A DNA stretch of 37,761 bases, taken from an uncultured Bacilli bacterium. Lineage in GTDB: Bacteria; Bacillota_I; Bacilli_A; RF39; UBA660. The stretch covers positions 1-37,761 of the forward strand of contig CANQIU010000003.1 of assembly GCA_947624145.1 (NCBI GenBank), written 5' to 3'. How positions within the stretch are numbered: the stretch's first letter is position 1; every line of letters starts with the position of its first letter. Made by a program: the position numbers and the translations under genes. The notes below the pieces were generated by a model. The model searched no databases. It saw only the letters and a program-made list of their open reading frames with translations, and was not told where the DNA came from. This document shows positions 1 to 10,190 of the stretch, one piece after another.

Positions 1-619
1 TATTTAAGTTATTTAAGTTTTTCTCCATTCTAGGACCTATCCCCCACATTTTAGATAAAGGTTTTATAGCCCAAAGCTTAGTTTTGATATCTTGATAAGT
101 CCATTTGGCAATGCCATTTTTATAAAGTTTAGCCTCGGTATCCATAGCTACTTTAGCTAGTAACATATTAGGACCTATTCCACAGGTGGCAGTAAGACCA
201 GTTCTTTTTTCAATATCTTGTAATATTATCTGGGCCATTTCATAATCTGTTTTTTTATACATTTTTAAATAATTAGTTAAATCTAAAAAGCATTCATCTA
301 TAGAATAAATATGTAAATCTTCTGTGGAAACATAATCTAAATAGATACTTACGACTTCTTTACTTTTTTTAATATAAAGACTCATTCTAGGAGGTACTAT
401 TTTATATTTAATATAAGAGGGTATTTCATAAAGTCTTGTTCGTGATTTAATTCCCATCTTTTTTAAATAGGGAGTAATGGCTAAAGTTATTGCTCCCTTG
501 CCTTGTTTAGGGTTAGCGACAACTAAGGAAGTAGTAAAAGGATTAAGGTTTCTTTCTACACACTCACATGAAGCAAAAAAACTTTTTAAATCAATACATA
601 AAATATTTCTTTCTTCCAT
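1..619 (-). CDS. Y-family (UmuC/DinB/ImpB-like) DNA polymerase, 5' part; runs off window start
   Basis: Not in ORF track. Manual translation from ATG at 619 (RBS GGAGG): MEERNILCIDLKSFFASCECVERNLNP...YSIDECFLDL, carrying the D-x-x-S-F-F-A-S and SIDE catalytic motifs. Confidence 0.9.
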   Translation of the reverse strand, partial: MEERNILCIDLKSFFASCECVERNLNPFTTSLVVANPKQGKGAITLAITPYLKKMGIKSRTRLYEIPSYIKYKIVPPRMSLYIKKSKEVVSIYLDYVSTEDLHIYSIDECFLDLTNYLKMYKKTDYEMAQIILQDIEKRTGLTATCGIGPNMLLAKVAMDTEAKLYKNGIAKWTYQDIKTKLWAIKPLSKMWGIGPRMEKNLNNLN

Positions 620-629
620 AATTTTCCTC

Positions 630-643
630 CAAACATTTGTTTC
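630..643. promoter_or_regulatory. Putative LexA (Cheo/SOS) box
   Basis: CAAACATTTGTTTC closely resembles the Bacillota GAAC-N4-GTTC box and abuts the RBS of the Y-family polymerase. Confidence 0.6.
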
Positions 644-737
644 TATAAATATTATAGATTAAAGTTCTAAATTAAGCAATTCCTTTTTTTGGTAAAATAT
701 TATATAATTAAAAAGAAATATAGAAAAGAGGAAAATT

Positions 738-1544
738 ATGAATGATGTTTTATTTAAACTAGGGGGATTAGAAATTAAGTGGTATGCATTTTTAATCTTA
801 GTAGGAGCAATCTTAGGAATTATTTTAAGTATGAAGGAAGGACAAAAACATAATATTTCTAAAGATTTTATCTTTAATCTTTGTTTTTGGGTTATTATTT
901 TTGGCTTAATTGGCGCTAGAATTTACTATGTTTTATTTAATTTAAAGTATTATCAAAACTTTTTAGATATTTTTAAAATATGGGAAGGGGGACTAGCTAT
1001 TCATGGGGGCCTTATTTTAGGTTTTATAACTTTAGTTATCTATTGTAAAAAATATAATGTTCGAATTCTTAGAGTAACGGATATTTTAGCTCCATCTTTG
1101 CTTTTAGCCCAAAGTATTGGGAGATGGGGAAACTTCTTTAATATGGAAGCGCATGGGGCGGCAACTTCTTTAGAACACCTTCAAGCTCTACATATTCCCG
1201 AGTTTATTATTAAGGGGATGAATATTGATGGTATTTATTATACCCCAACATTCTTATATGAATCTTTATGGTGTTTACTAGGCTTTATTATTATAATTAT
1301 AATTAGAAGAATTAAGTATACTAAAGTTGGGCAACCAACAGCTTTATATTTAATGTGGTATGGCCTAGGTCGTTTAATAATTGAGACAATGCGCACTGAT
1401 TCTTTAATGCTAGGTGGATTTAAAGTAGCTCAAATAGTATCAATAGGTATGATTTTAATCGGATTGTTAATAATAATGATAACGAGTAGAAAATCTCGTT
1501 ATGAAGATTTATATAACGAGGAGGAAAAAACTATTCGCTTTTAA
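738..1544 (+). CDS. lgt: Prolipoprotein diacylglyceryl transferase
   Basis: Multi-TM protein with GARIYY, WEGGLAIHGG, GRWGNFFN and PTFLYES motifs. Confidence 0.96.
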   Translation: MNDVLFKLGGLEIKWYAFLILVGAILGIILSMKEGQKHNISKDFIFNLCFWVIIFGLIGARIYYVLFNLKYYQNFLDIFKIWEGGLAIHGGLILGFITLVIYCKKYNVRILRVTDILAPSLLLAQSIGRWGNFFNMEAHGAATSLEHLQALHIPEFIIKGMNIDGIYYTPTFLYESLWCLLGFIIIIIIRRIKYTKVGQPTALYLMWYGLGRLIIETMRTDSLMLGGFKVAQIVSIGMILIGLLIIMITSRKSRYEDLYNEEEKTIRF

Positions 1545-1559
1545 AAGGAGCAAAGTTTT

Positions 1560-2450
1560 ATGTATGATATTATTATTGTAGGGATGGGAATAAGTGGTAT
1601 CACCGCGGGCATTTATGCGAAAAGAAGAAAAATGAAAGTCTTAATGCTTGATAAATCTAATCCCGGTGGTCTACTTAATAATATTGATACAATTAGTAAT
1701 TATCCGGGCTTACTTAATATAAGTGGCCCGGATTTTTCTAATACTTTAAAAAGCCAAATAGAATCTTTAAATATTGAATATAAAAAAGAAGAAGTAATAT
1801 CTTTAGAACTAAATAAGATAATAAAAATTGTTAAAACTAATAAACATAGTTACAAAAGCAAAAAAGTAATTTTAGCTTTAGGAAGAAAACCAAAGTATTT
1901 AGGCTTAGATAATGAACAAGAATATTTAGGTAAAGGCATATCTACCTCGGCTTTAAAAGATCATAAGTATTATCAAAATAAAACTATTGCTGTTGTAGGT
2001 TCCGGTAATAGTGCTTTGCAAGAAACATTATATCTAAGTACGATTGCTAAAAAAATCTATCTTCTTAATCGTAGTAATACTTTTAAAGCTGAGGAAGAAT
2101 TAATTAACCAAATAAAAAATAATTCTAAAGTAAATATCTTATATAATGTTACTTTAAAAAAAATAAATAGTATTAATAATAAAATAAATAATATTATTTT
2201 AAATAATAATACTTCTTTAGATGTAGAAGGAATATTTATTTATATTGGTTATAGACCTTCTACCGAATTATTAAATAATTATCCTATTTTAGATAAAGAT
2301 GGTTATATTAAAGTAAATGAAGATTTAGAAACACCAATAAAAAATGTTTATGCTATTGGTGATTGCATCAACAAAAGAGTTTTTCAATTAGTTACCGCTT
2401 CTAGTGATGGAGCAATAGTAATTTTAAAAATGAAAAAAATTAGTCATTAG
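1560..2450 (+). CDS. Thioredoxin-reductase-like FAD/NAD(P)H oxidoreductase lacking the CxxC motif
   Basis: GxGxxG FAD motif, NYPG, VVGSGNSA and YAIGD motifs of the TrxB family; GISTSALKD replaces GVSYCATCD. Confidence 0.85.
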   Translation: MYDIIIVGMGISGITAGIYAKRRKMKVLMLDKSNPGGLLNNIDTISNYPGLLNISGPDFSNTLKSQIESLNIEYKKEEVISLELNKIIKIVKTNKHSYKSKKVILALGRKPKYLGLDNEQEYLGKGISTSALKDHKYYQNKTIAVVGSGNSALQETLYLSTIAKKIYLLNRSNTFKAEEELINQIKNNSKVNILYNVTLKKINSINNKINNIILNNNTSLDVEGIFIYIGYRPSTELLNNYPILDKDGYIKVNEDLETPIKNVYAIGDCINKRVFQLVTASSDGAIVILKMKKISH

Positions 2451-2525
2451 TTATTATATAGCCATAACTTCATTATTAATTTACTTATTTTATTATTAAT
2501 GATAAAATACTTATGGATGTGATTT

Positions 2526-3941
2526 ATGATGAAAGTTAGAACTAGATTTGCGCCAAGTCCAACAGGATTTATGCATATTGGTAATTTAAGAACAGCTATA
2601 TTTGAATATTTATTAGCTAAAAAATATGATGGCGACTTTATATTAAGAATCGAAGATACAGATCAAGAAAGAAAAGTTGAAGGGGCTATTGATTTTATAT
2701 ATGATACTTTAAACTTATGTGGTTTTAAAATTGATGAAGGACCTAATAATGAAAAAGAATATGGACCATATATTCAAAGTGAAAGAAAAGATATCTATAA
2801 GAAGTATGCTTTAGAACTAGTGGAAAAAGGAAAAGCTTATTATTGTTTTTGTTCAGAAGAAGAATTAGAAGAAATGCGTACTAGAGCTAATGAAAGAAAG
2901 AAACCTTTTCTTTATGATGGAAGATGTTCTAGATTAAGTAAAGAAAAAATAGAAGAAAATTTAAAAAATGGGGTTCCTTATGTTATTAGACAAAAGATGC
3001 CTAAAGAAGGAATAACCATTGTTGAAGATGTTATCTATGGTAAGATTAAGATTGAAAATAGTATCTTAGATGATCAAATTCTTCTTAAAAGTGATGGTTT
3101 TCCAACTTATAACTTTGCTAATGTTATTGATGATCATTTAATGGATATTACGCATGTTATAAGAGGAAAAGAATACCTAGATCAAACTGCTAAATATAAT
3201 TTGTTATATGAAGCTTTTGGCTGGGAAAAACCAAAGTATATTCATGTTGCGATGGTATTAGGTGAAGATGGAACGAAATTATCCAAAAGAAATGGTGATG
3301 CTTCTTTTATGGATCTATATCACCAAGGATATTTGCCAGAAGCCATAGTTAATTATTTAGTTTTACTTGGTTGGAGTCCTAAAGAAAATAAAGAAATCTT
3401 TAGTATGGATGAATTAATTCAAAATTTTGATGAAACAAGAATTAGTAAATCATCAAGTAGTTATGATGTTAAGAAATTAAATTGGTTTAATGCCCACTAT
3501 ATAAAGGAAATGGCTAATCAAAAATACTTAGAATGGATTAAACAATATTTTAAACAAGATACTTTAAATAAAACGGAAGAATGGGTTAATAAATTATTAT
3601 TAATTTATAAAGATCATATTTCTTATGGAATGGAAATAAATGAAGTAACTGAAAGTTTCTTTAAAGAATATAGTTTAAGTGAAGAATGCCAAGAATTTTT
3701 AAATAGTGATAATATGATTAATGATGTTCTTGCTTGTTTTAAAGAAGAAATTGCTTCTATTAAAGATTGGAATGAAGAAAATATTAATACAGCTATTAGT
3801 AATACTAAAGAAAAAACCGGGGCTAAAGGAAAGTTATTATTTATGCCAATTAGAATTAAAACCAGTGGGCTTATGCATGGACCAGAACTAGCTGATACGC
3901 TATATTTAATTGGCCAAGAAGAAATATTAAAAAGATTATAA
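2526..3941 (+). CDS. gltX: Glutamate--tRNA ligase
   Basis: RTRFAPSPTG, HIGN, RIEDTD, KLSKR motifs. Confidence 0.97.
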   Translation: MMKVRTRFAPSPTGFMHIGNLRTAIFEYLLAKKYDGDFILRIEDTDQERKVEGAIDFIYDTLNLCGFKIDEGPNNEKEYGPYIQSERKDIYKKYALELVEKGKAYYCFCSEEELEEMRTRANERKKPFLYDGRCSRLSKEKIEENLKNGVPYVIRQKMPKEGITIVEDVIYGKIKIENSILDDQILLKSDGFPTYNFANVIDDHLMDITHVIRGKEYLDQTAKYNLLYEAFGWEKPKYIHVAMVLGEDGTKLSKRNGDASFMDLYHQGYLPEAIVNYLVLLGWSPKENKEIFSMDELIQNFDETRISKSSSSYDVKKLNWFNAHYIKEMANQKYLEWIKQYFKQDTLNKTEEWVNKLLLIYKDHISYGMEINEVTESFFKEYSLSEECQEFLNSDNMINDVLACFKEEIASIKDWNEENINTAISNTKEKTGAKGKLLFMPIRIKTSGLMHGPELADTLYLIGQEEILKRL

Positions 3942-3957
3942 AAGAGGTTGAAAAGTT

Positions 3958-4350
3958 TTGAAGAAATTAATTAAGTTTATTATTAGTTTAGGTATTATCT
4001 TATTTTTAGTTTGGGCTAGTTATAAATTTTTCTTTGCTTGTGAAGAACAATATGCCGACTTTGGTCATAAATTTATTTTAAAGGGCTATGATTATGCTAA
4101 AGTAGGCGATGAATTAACTGTTAAACTAATTAATATTAAAGATGATCGTTGTTTAGATGAATCTTGTGAAAGAGAAGGCCAATTTATTGTTAAATTATTA
4201 ATTAAAGATGACCATCATATCGTAATTGAAAAATTAGGTAGTGTGGGGGAATCTAAAAAAGATTTAACTAAACATAAACTTAATTATAGTATTGAACTTA
4301 CTCATACGGATGGAAAAGAAGTTTCTTTAGAAGTAAATAAATTAAAATAA
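3958..4350 (+). CDS. Hypothetical membrane-anchored/exported protein
   Basis: TTG start with RBS, N-terminal hydrophobic helix, DxRC-x4-C motif. Confidence 0.7.
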   Translation: MKKLIKFIISLGIILFLVWASYKFFFACEEQYADFGHKFILKGYDYAKVGDELTVKLINIKDDRCLDESCEREGQFIVKLLIKDDHHIVIEKLGSVGESKKDLTKHKLNYSIELTHTDGKEVSLEVNKLK

Positions 4351-4363
4351 AAGAAAGGTTATT

Positions 4364-5112
4364 ATGTTAATAGAAAAAATAAAAATGAGTTAATTGAACA
4401 ACGAAAAACAAAATTTAAAGGTAATATCTATCATTATTCCCAAGTTAATTTTGCTTATAACTCTAATAAAATTGAAGGAAGTCATTTAACCGAAGATGAA
4501 ACTGAAGAAATATTTGCCACTAATTCTTTTATTCCAAAAAGTGATGATGTTATTAAATTTGATGATTTAACTGAAATGAAAAATCATTTTCGGCTTTTTG
4601 ATTATTGTTTAGATATTATTGATGAACCTTTATCTAAAGAAATAATAATTAAAATGAATACGATTTTAAAAAGAAATACAACTGATGAAGAAAATCCGCG
4701 CTATAATGTAGGAGGTTTTAAAGTAGTCCCTAATAAGATTAGTTTAATTAATGTTATTAATACTTCAGCACCTCAGGATGTAGAAAAAGATTTAGAAGCA
4801 TTATTAACCGAATATCAAAGTTTAGAAAAAGTAACAATCAAGGATATTATTGATTTTCATTATCAGTTTGAAAAAATTTATCCCTTTGGTGATGGCAATG
4901 GCCGGGTGGGAAGAATTATTATGTTTAAAGAATGTTTAAAAAATAATATAATGCCTTTTATTATTTTGGCTAAAGATAAGCCTTTTTACATGCGGGGTTT
5001 AAAAAATTATCAAGAAGATAAAATGGATTTAATTGATACTATTAAACATGAACAAGATTTATATGAGCTAATGTCTCAAGAAATGCTTAACTTTGAATTA
5101 GAAGATAAATAA
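4364..5112 (+). pseudogene. Fic-family protein, frameshifted at ~4381-4385 and with catalytic His replaced by Tyr
   Basis: ATG 4364 with AAAGG RBS reads MLIEKIK then stops. The -1 frame continues NELIEQRK...YNSNKIEGS... into the 178-aa ORF. Motif is YPFGDGNGRVGR versus canonical HPFxDGNGRxxR. Confidence 0.75.
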
Positions 5113-5125
5113 CTTATCTTTTTTT

Positions 5126-5167
5126 CTATGACGAATTTTTTTGCAAATGCAAAGAAATTCGTCATAG
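5126..5167. repeat. 20-bp inverted repeat (1 mismatch) upstream of AAA ATPase promoter
   Basis: CTATGACGAATTTTTTTGCA-aa-TGCAAAGAAATTCGTCATAG. Confidence 0.85.
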
Positions 5168-5172
5168 GACTA

Positions 5173-5201
5173 TTGACAATAATTTTTAAAAATTATAAAA
5201 T
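5173..5201 (+). promoter_or_regulatory. Sigma-A-type promoter
   Basis: TTGACA-17 nt-TAAAAT upstream of the ORF at 5225. Confidence 0.65.
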
Positions 5202-5224
5202 TTTTATATAGTGAGGGCAATTTT

Positions 5225-6481
5225 ATGAAGGAAATAAAAAGAGAATATTATTTAGAACAATTAAAATCACGAGAAAATAATGGCTTAATCAAAGTCATAA
5301 CGGGAGTGCGAAGATGTGGAAAATCATATTTATTATTTAATTTATTTTATGATTATTTACTTAGTAAGAAAGTTGCTAAAGACCATATTATAACAATTGC
5401 TTTAGATGATTTAGCTAATGAATCTTTACGAGATCCTTATAATATACTAGAATATATAAAGAATAGTTTAAAAGATAATAATTTATATTATATATTTTTA
5501 GATGAAATTCAATATTTAAATAGATTTGAAGAAGTATTAAATAGTTTATTACATATTAAAAATGTTGATGTTTATGTAACGGGTAGTAATTCTAAGTTAT
5601 TATCTAAAGATGTTATTACGGAATTTAGGGGTAGAGGTGACGAAATTCAAGTTCATCCCTTATCATTTAAAGAATTCTTTTCTGTATGTGAGAAAACGGT
5701 TGATGAAGCTTGGGATGAATATTTTAATTATGGAGGAATGCCTTTAGTCCTTTCTTATAAAGATAGTGCTAAGAAGGTTGATTATTTAAAAGGTTTATTT
5801 GATAAAGTATATATATCAGATATTTTAGAAAGACATAATATAAAAAATCGAGTTGAATTAGATGAAATTTTAAATATTTTATCTTCTGATGTTGGTTCTT
5901 TAACTAATCCTTTAAAACTTTCCAAAATATTTGCAAGTACTAAAGGAAAGAAAATGAGTGATAAAACCATTAATCGATATATTGAATATTTATTAGATGC
6001 GTTTTTAATAGATAAAGTAGAAAGATATGACATAAAGGGTAAAAAGTATATTAATTCTCCTTATAAATATTATTTTGAAGATATTGGTTTACGGAATGCT
6101 AGATTAAATTTTCGACAAGTTGAAGAAAATCATGTTATGGAGAATATAATATATAATGAATTAAAAGTTAGAGGATATAATATTGATATTGGTATAGTTA
6201 ATGTTTATGAAAATAATAAAAATAATAAAAGAATATTAAAAAATTATGAAGTAGATTTTATAGCTTCTAAAGGAAATAATAAATACTATATTCAATCAGC
6301 CTTTTCTCTTGATGATATTAATAAACTAAAACAAGAAACAAATTCTCTTATTAATATTAAAGATTCATTTAAAAAAATAATTATTGTAAGAAATAATATT
6401 AAACCAAGAAGAGATGAACTAGGTATTACAACGATGGGAATATATAATTTTCTTTTAGATGAAAATAGCTTAGATCAATAA
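5225..6481 (+). CDS. AAA_14/DUF4143-type ATP-binding protein
   Basis: Walker A GVRRCGKS, Walker B IFLDEIQ, VTGSNS, GGMP, C-terminal EVDF...YIQ. Confidence 0.88.
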   Translation: MKEIKREYYLEQLKSRENNGLIKVITGVRRCGKSYLLFNLFYDYLLSKKVAKDHIITIALDDLANESLRDPYNILEYIKNSLKDNNLYYIFLDEIQYLNRFEEVLNSLLHIKNVDVYVTGSNSKLLSKDVITEFRGRGDEIQVHPLSFKEFFSVCEKTVDEAWDEYFNYGGMPLVLSYKDSAKKVDYLKGLFDKVYISDILERHNIKNRVELDEILNILSSDVGSLTNPLKLSKIFASTKGKKMSDKTINRYIEYLLDAFLIDKVERYDIKGKKYINSPYKYYFEDIGLRNARLNFRQVEENHVMENIIYNELKVRGYNIDIGIVNVYENNKNNKRILKNYEVDFIASKGNNKYYIQSAFSLDDINKLKQETNSLINIKDSFKKIIIVRNNIKPRRDELGITTMGIYNFLLDENSLDQ

Positions 6482-6512
6482 AATTAATTAAAAATACGAG
6501 AGGTGAATCATT

Positions 6513-7904
6513 ATGTTAAAATTATATAATACATTATCTAAAAAATTAGAAGACTTTGTGCCTTGGCAAGAGGGGCATGTTGGTTTTTATACCTGTGGGC
6601 CAACAGTTTATCATTATGCTCATATAGGTAATATTCGTAGTTATATAGGTCATGATATCTTAAATCGAACTTTAAAGTATTTGGGTTATGATGTTAAAAG
6701 AGTTATGAATATCACGGATGTTGGGCACTTATCTAGTGATGCTGATACCGGTGTGGATAAGATGGTAGCTAGTGCACAAAAAGAACATAAATCAGTCATG
6801 GCCATTGCGGACTTTTATACCAATGCTTTCTTTAAAGATTTTGATGCAGTTAATTGTTTAAGACCGGATATTGTTAGTAAAGCAACCGATAATATCGATG
6901 AATATATCAAGATAATTACGAAACTTTTAGAAAAAGGTTATGCTTATCTGGCCGGGGGCAATGTTTATTTTGATACGACAAAGTTAAATGATTATTATGT
7001 TCTTACGAATCACCAAGCAGCTAAGATGGTTGTAGGGGTTCGGGATACAGTAGAAGAAGATAGGCATAAGAAAAATCAAAATGACTTTGTTTTATGGTTC
7101 ACCAAATCTAAATTTGCTGATCAAGAATTAAAATGGGATAGCCCATGGGGAAAAGGTTATCCAGGTTGGCATATTGAATGTACAGGAATAAGCTTAAAAT
7201 ATTTAGGAGAATACTTAGATATTCATGGTGGGGGTATCGATAATATCTTCCCTCATCATACAAACGAAATAGCTCAAAGTGAAGCCTACCTTGGACATAA
7301 ATGGTGTAAATATTGGTTTCATAATGAACACTTAAACGATGAAATAGGCAAGATGAGTAAAAGCCATGGGGCTATCTTAACCGTAAGTCTATTGCAAGAA
7401 AAAGGCTATAATCCTTTAAGTTTTCGTTATATGTGCTTACTTAGCCACTACCGGAAGCAACTAGTTTTTTCTTATGATTCCTTAGATGGGGCTCAAAATG
7501 CTTACAAAAAACTGAAGAGCAAATGTCTAAGCTTAAAAATAAGTAATAATTATAACCAAGATGTTTTTAATGAATGGGATCTAAAATTTAAAGAAGCTTT
7601 AGAAGATGATTTAAATACGGCTAATGCTCTAACTATTCTTTATGATTTACTTAAAAGCGAAGTAGATATCGAAACTAAATATAATCTTATATCGGCTTGG
7701 GATAATGTCCTAGCTTTAGATTTATTAAAGGAAGAAAAAATTGAAAAAGAAATAGATAACTATATAAATGAAAAAATTGCAGAAAGAAAAATAGCTAAAG
7801 AAAATAAAGATTATGTCAAAGCAGATGCAATAAGAAAAGAATTAGAAGAAAAAGGTATTATTTTAAAAGATACCCGGGAAGGGACTACTTACGAACTAAA
7901 GTAA
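6513..7904 (+). CDS. cysS: Cysteine--tRNA ligase
   Basis: CGPTVY, HIGN, PGWHIEC, FPHH, KMSKS motifs. Confidence 0.97.
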   Translation: MLKLYNTLSKKLEDFVPWQEGHVGFYTCGPTVYHYAHIGNIRSYIGHDILNRTLKYLGYDVKRVMNITDVGHLSSDADTGVDKMVASAQKEHKSVMAIADFYTNAFFKDFDAVNCLRPDIVSKATDNIDEYIKIITKLLEKGYAYLAGGNVYFDTTKLNDYYVLTNHQAAKMVVGVRDTVEEDRHKKNQNDFVLWFTKSKFADQELKWDSPWGKGYPGWHIECTGISLKYLGEYLDIHGGGIDNIFPHHTNEIAQSEAYLGHKWCKYWFHNEHLNDEIGKMSKSHGAILTVSLLQEKGYNPLSFRYMCLLSHYRKQLVFSYDSLDGAQNAYKKLKSKCLSLKISNNYNQDVFNEWDLKFKEALEDDLNTANALTILYDLLKSEVDIETKYNLISAWDNVLALDLLKEEKIEKEIDNYINEKIAERKIAKENKDYVKADAIRKELEEKGIILKDTREGTTYELK

Positions 7905-7922
7905 GTAGTTTTTAAGATAATT

Positions 7923-8807
7923 ATGGAATATCAAGAAGTAATAAAAAAAATCTGTCAAGAAGAAAATATTAAATTAACAACTGTTTCAAATAATTGGGTT
8001 AATATCTTAGAATATAATAATAAAATAAAGTTTATTGTGGGCTATACTTTTGGTTTAAATAAAGATAGTGTAGCTAAAATATTAGATGATAAATATGCTT
8101 TATATTCAGTTTTAAATAATTATCATCTAAATATTATCAAACATCATTTATTATATAAAGATTATGCTAAAGATGAGGTAAAGAAACTATTTTTAAAATA
8201 TCAGCAAGATGTAGTTATTAAAGCTAATTTAGGTTATGCTGGTACTGAAGTCTTTCATGTAAAAAATTTAAAGAAACTATATCAAATAATGGATAAGTTA
8301 TTTATTAAGAATTATTCTTTAAGTTTATGTCCTTATTATGAGATTAATTATGAGTATCGAATAATTGTCTTAAATAAAGAAATTAAATTAATTTATCAAA
8401 AGATTAGACCTATTGTTTTAGGTGATGGAGTTAAAACTTATCAAGAATTATTAGAAGAATTTAATCCTCAGTATTTTCAAAAGCATTTTGTCTCTAAGAA
8501 AGTTTTAAAAAAGGGTGAAGTAAAAGAATATAGTTGGCAATTTAATTTATCGAAAGGAGCAAAGGCTTTGCTTGTTGATAACTTAGAAGTTATCAACAAA
8601 CTAGAAAATATGGTTAAAGATATATTAAATGTCATAGATCTTAATTTTGCAAGTATTGATATTGTAGAAATTAACAATGAATATAAAGTGATGGAAATAA
8701 ATAATGGTGTTACATTAACTAAATTTATGAATATGGCTCAAGAAAATTATAATCTTGCTTATAATATCTATAAAGAAGCTATTAAAAGTTTATTTAAAGA
8801 GGAGTAA
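7923..8807 (+). CDS. ATP-grasp protein (RimK/cyanophycin-synthetase-like ligase)
   Basis: DDK, VVIK...G, EYRIIVL, GDG, FNLSKGA, SIDI, MEINN motifs. Confidence 0.75.
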   Translation: MEYQEVIKKICQEENIKLTTVSNNWVNILEYNNKIKFIVGYTFGLNKDSVAKILDDKYALYSVLNNYHLNIIKHHLLYKDYAKDEVKKLFLKYQQDVVIKANLGYAGTEVFHVKNLKKLYQIMDKLFIKNYSLSLCPYYEINYEYRIIVLNKEIKLIYQKIRPIVLGDGVKTYQELLEEFNPQYFQKHFVSKKVLKKGEVKEYSWQFNLSKGAKALLVDNLEVINKLENMVKDILNVIDLNFASIDIVEINNEYKVMEINNGVTLTKFMNMAQENYNLAYNIYKEAIKSLFKEE

Positions 8808-8809
8808 AA

Positions 8810-9442
8810 GTGAAGAAAGTTTTAAAAATAAGTATAATAATAATTTTTATAATTATTCTAAGTTTTATAATATATAATCTATTTTTTAAAAAAGATCAAA
8901 ATCTTAATTTTGATATTCCTCAGTATCAAAGTAATATAGATTATGATTTAGATGGAATTGATGATCAAACCGATATTTTAAATGGGGCATTAGAGTATGT
9001 AAGTAAAAAGCCTAAATATCAAAGCAAGTATTATAATACGGGATATCCAAACGATGAATATGGAGTTTGTACGGATGTGGTTGCTTTTAGTTTACTTCAA
9101 GCTGGCTATGATTTACAAGCTTTAGTTGCAGAAGATATAAAAAATAATCCCGATGATTATAAAGATGTGGGGGATAAAAATATTGATTTTAGACGAGTTC
9201 GTAATTTAAAAATTTTCTTTAAGCATACAGCAATAAGTTTAACCTTGGATCCTAAGGATATTGCCTCTTGGCAAGGAGGAGATATTGTTATTTGGGATAA
9301 TCATATTGGCATTGTGTCTAATAAAAGAAATAAAAAAGGTATTCCCTATGTAATCCATCATTATAAAAAGAATCAAAAAGAATACGAAGAAAATAAATTA
9401 GAAAGTTATGGCCGTATTGTTGGTCATTATAGGATAAGTTAA
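8810..9442 (+). CDS. DUF1287 (YijF-like) membrane-anchored protein
   Basis: N-terminal TM; GYP..GVCTDVV, DKNIDFRRVRNL, GDIVIW, HIGIV motifs. Confidence 0.8.
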   Translation: MKKVLKISIIIIFIIILSFIIYNLFFKKDQNLNFDIPQYQSNIDYDLDGIDDQTDILNGALEYVSKKPKYQSKYYNTGYPNDEYGVCTDVVAFSLLQAGYDLQALVAEDIKNNPDDYKDVGDKNIDFRRVRNLKIFFKHTAISLTLDPKDIASWQGGDIVIWDNHIGIVSNKRNKKGIPYVIHHYKKNQKEYEENKLESYGRIVGHYRIS

Positions 9443-10078
9443 ATGAAAACAAAAATATATAATATTAATAATTTAGATTATGGTGCTATTGCTAAAATGC
9501 TTAATAAAAATAAAATTGGGATCTTTCCTACGGAGACGGTTTATGGAATTATTGCGAAGGCCACAAGTACTAAAGCTTTAAAAAGAATTTATAAAGTTAA
9601 GAAAAGAGATGAAAATAAAGCTTTAATAGTTTTGATAGCATCTTTATCTATGCTTGATGATATTGGTCTAAAGGTTAGTCCTAAAGAACAAGAATTAATG
9701 ACTAAATTTTGGCCAGGAGCTTTAACTATTATTTTGGATATTAAAGATAGTTTTAGTTTAAGTCCTTTAGTTTTAGGGGGAAATAAAACCTTAGCAGTAA
9801 GATATACAAGTAAAGAAATATTACAAAAAGTTATTGCTTTAGCAAATACTCCTGTGGTTGCTCCTAGTGCTAATTTTCAAGGGGAAAAAGCGGGGACTAA
9901 TCCAAAAGACTTGCTTTCTTCTTTTGCGGGTCAAGTTGATTTTTTAGTGGATGAAGGCATAATTTCTCGTGATATTCCCTCAACATTAGTAAGAGTTGAA
10001 AAGGATAAAGTTAAAGTATTAAGAGAAGGCATTATAACTAAAGATATGCTAAAAAAAGAAGGTTTTACTTTAGTCTAA
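9443..10078 (+). CDS. tsaC: Threonylcarbamoyl-AMP synthase (Sua5/YrdC family)
   Basis: FPTETVYG, KxR..K.L, FWPGALT, APSAN, PST, LREG motifs. Confidence 0.9.
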   Translation: MKTKIYNINNLDYGAIAKMLNKNKIGIFPTETVYGIIAKATSTKALKRIYKVKKRDENKALIVLIASLSMLDDIGLKVSPKEQELMTKFWPGALTIILDIKDSFSLSPLVLGGNKTLAVRYTSKEILQKVIALANTPVVAPSANFQGEKAGTNPKDLLSSFAGQVDFLVDEGIISRDIPSTLVRVEKDKVKVLREGIITKDMLKKEGFTLV

Positions 10079-10190
10079 AATGCGCAAATTACTAAAGTAA
10101 AATACCACAAATTACTTCATTTTTAAATAAAAAATTTTTATAGATTAACTTTAATTAAATTTTATGATATGATATAAAGCGTGATGTTTT

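Noticed and set aside
477-662. 61-aa plus-strand ORF
   Set aside because: Antisense shadow of the Y-family polymerase gene
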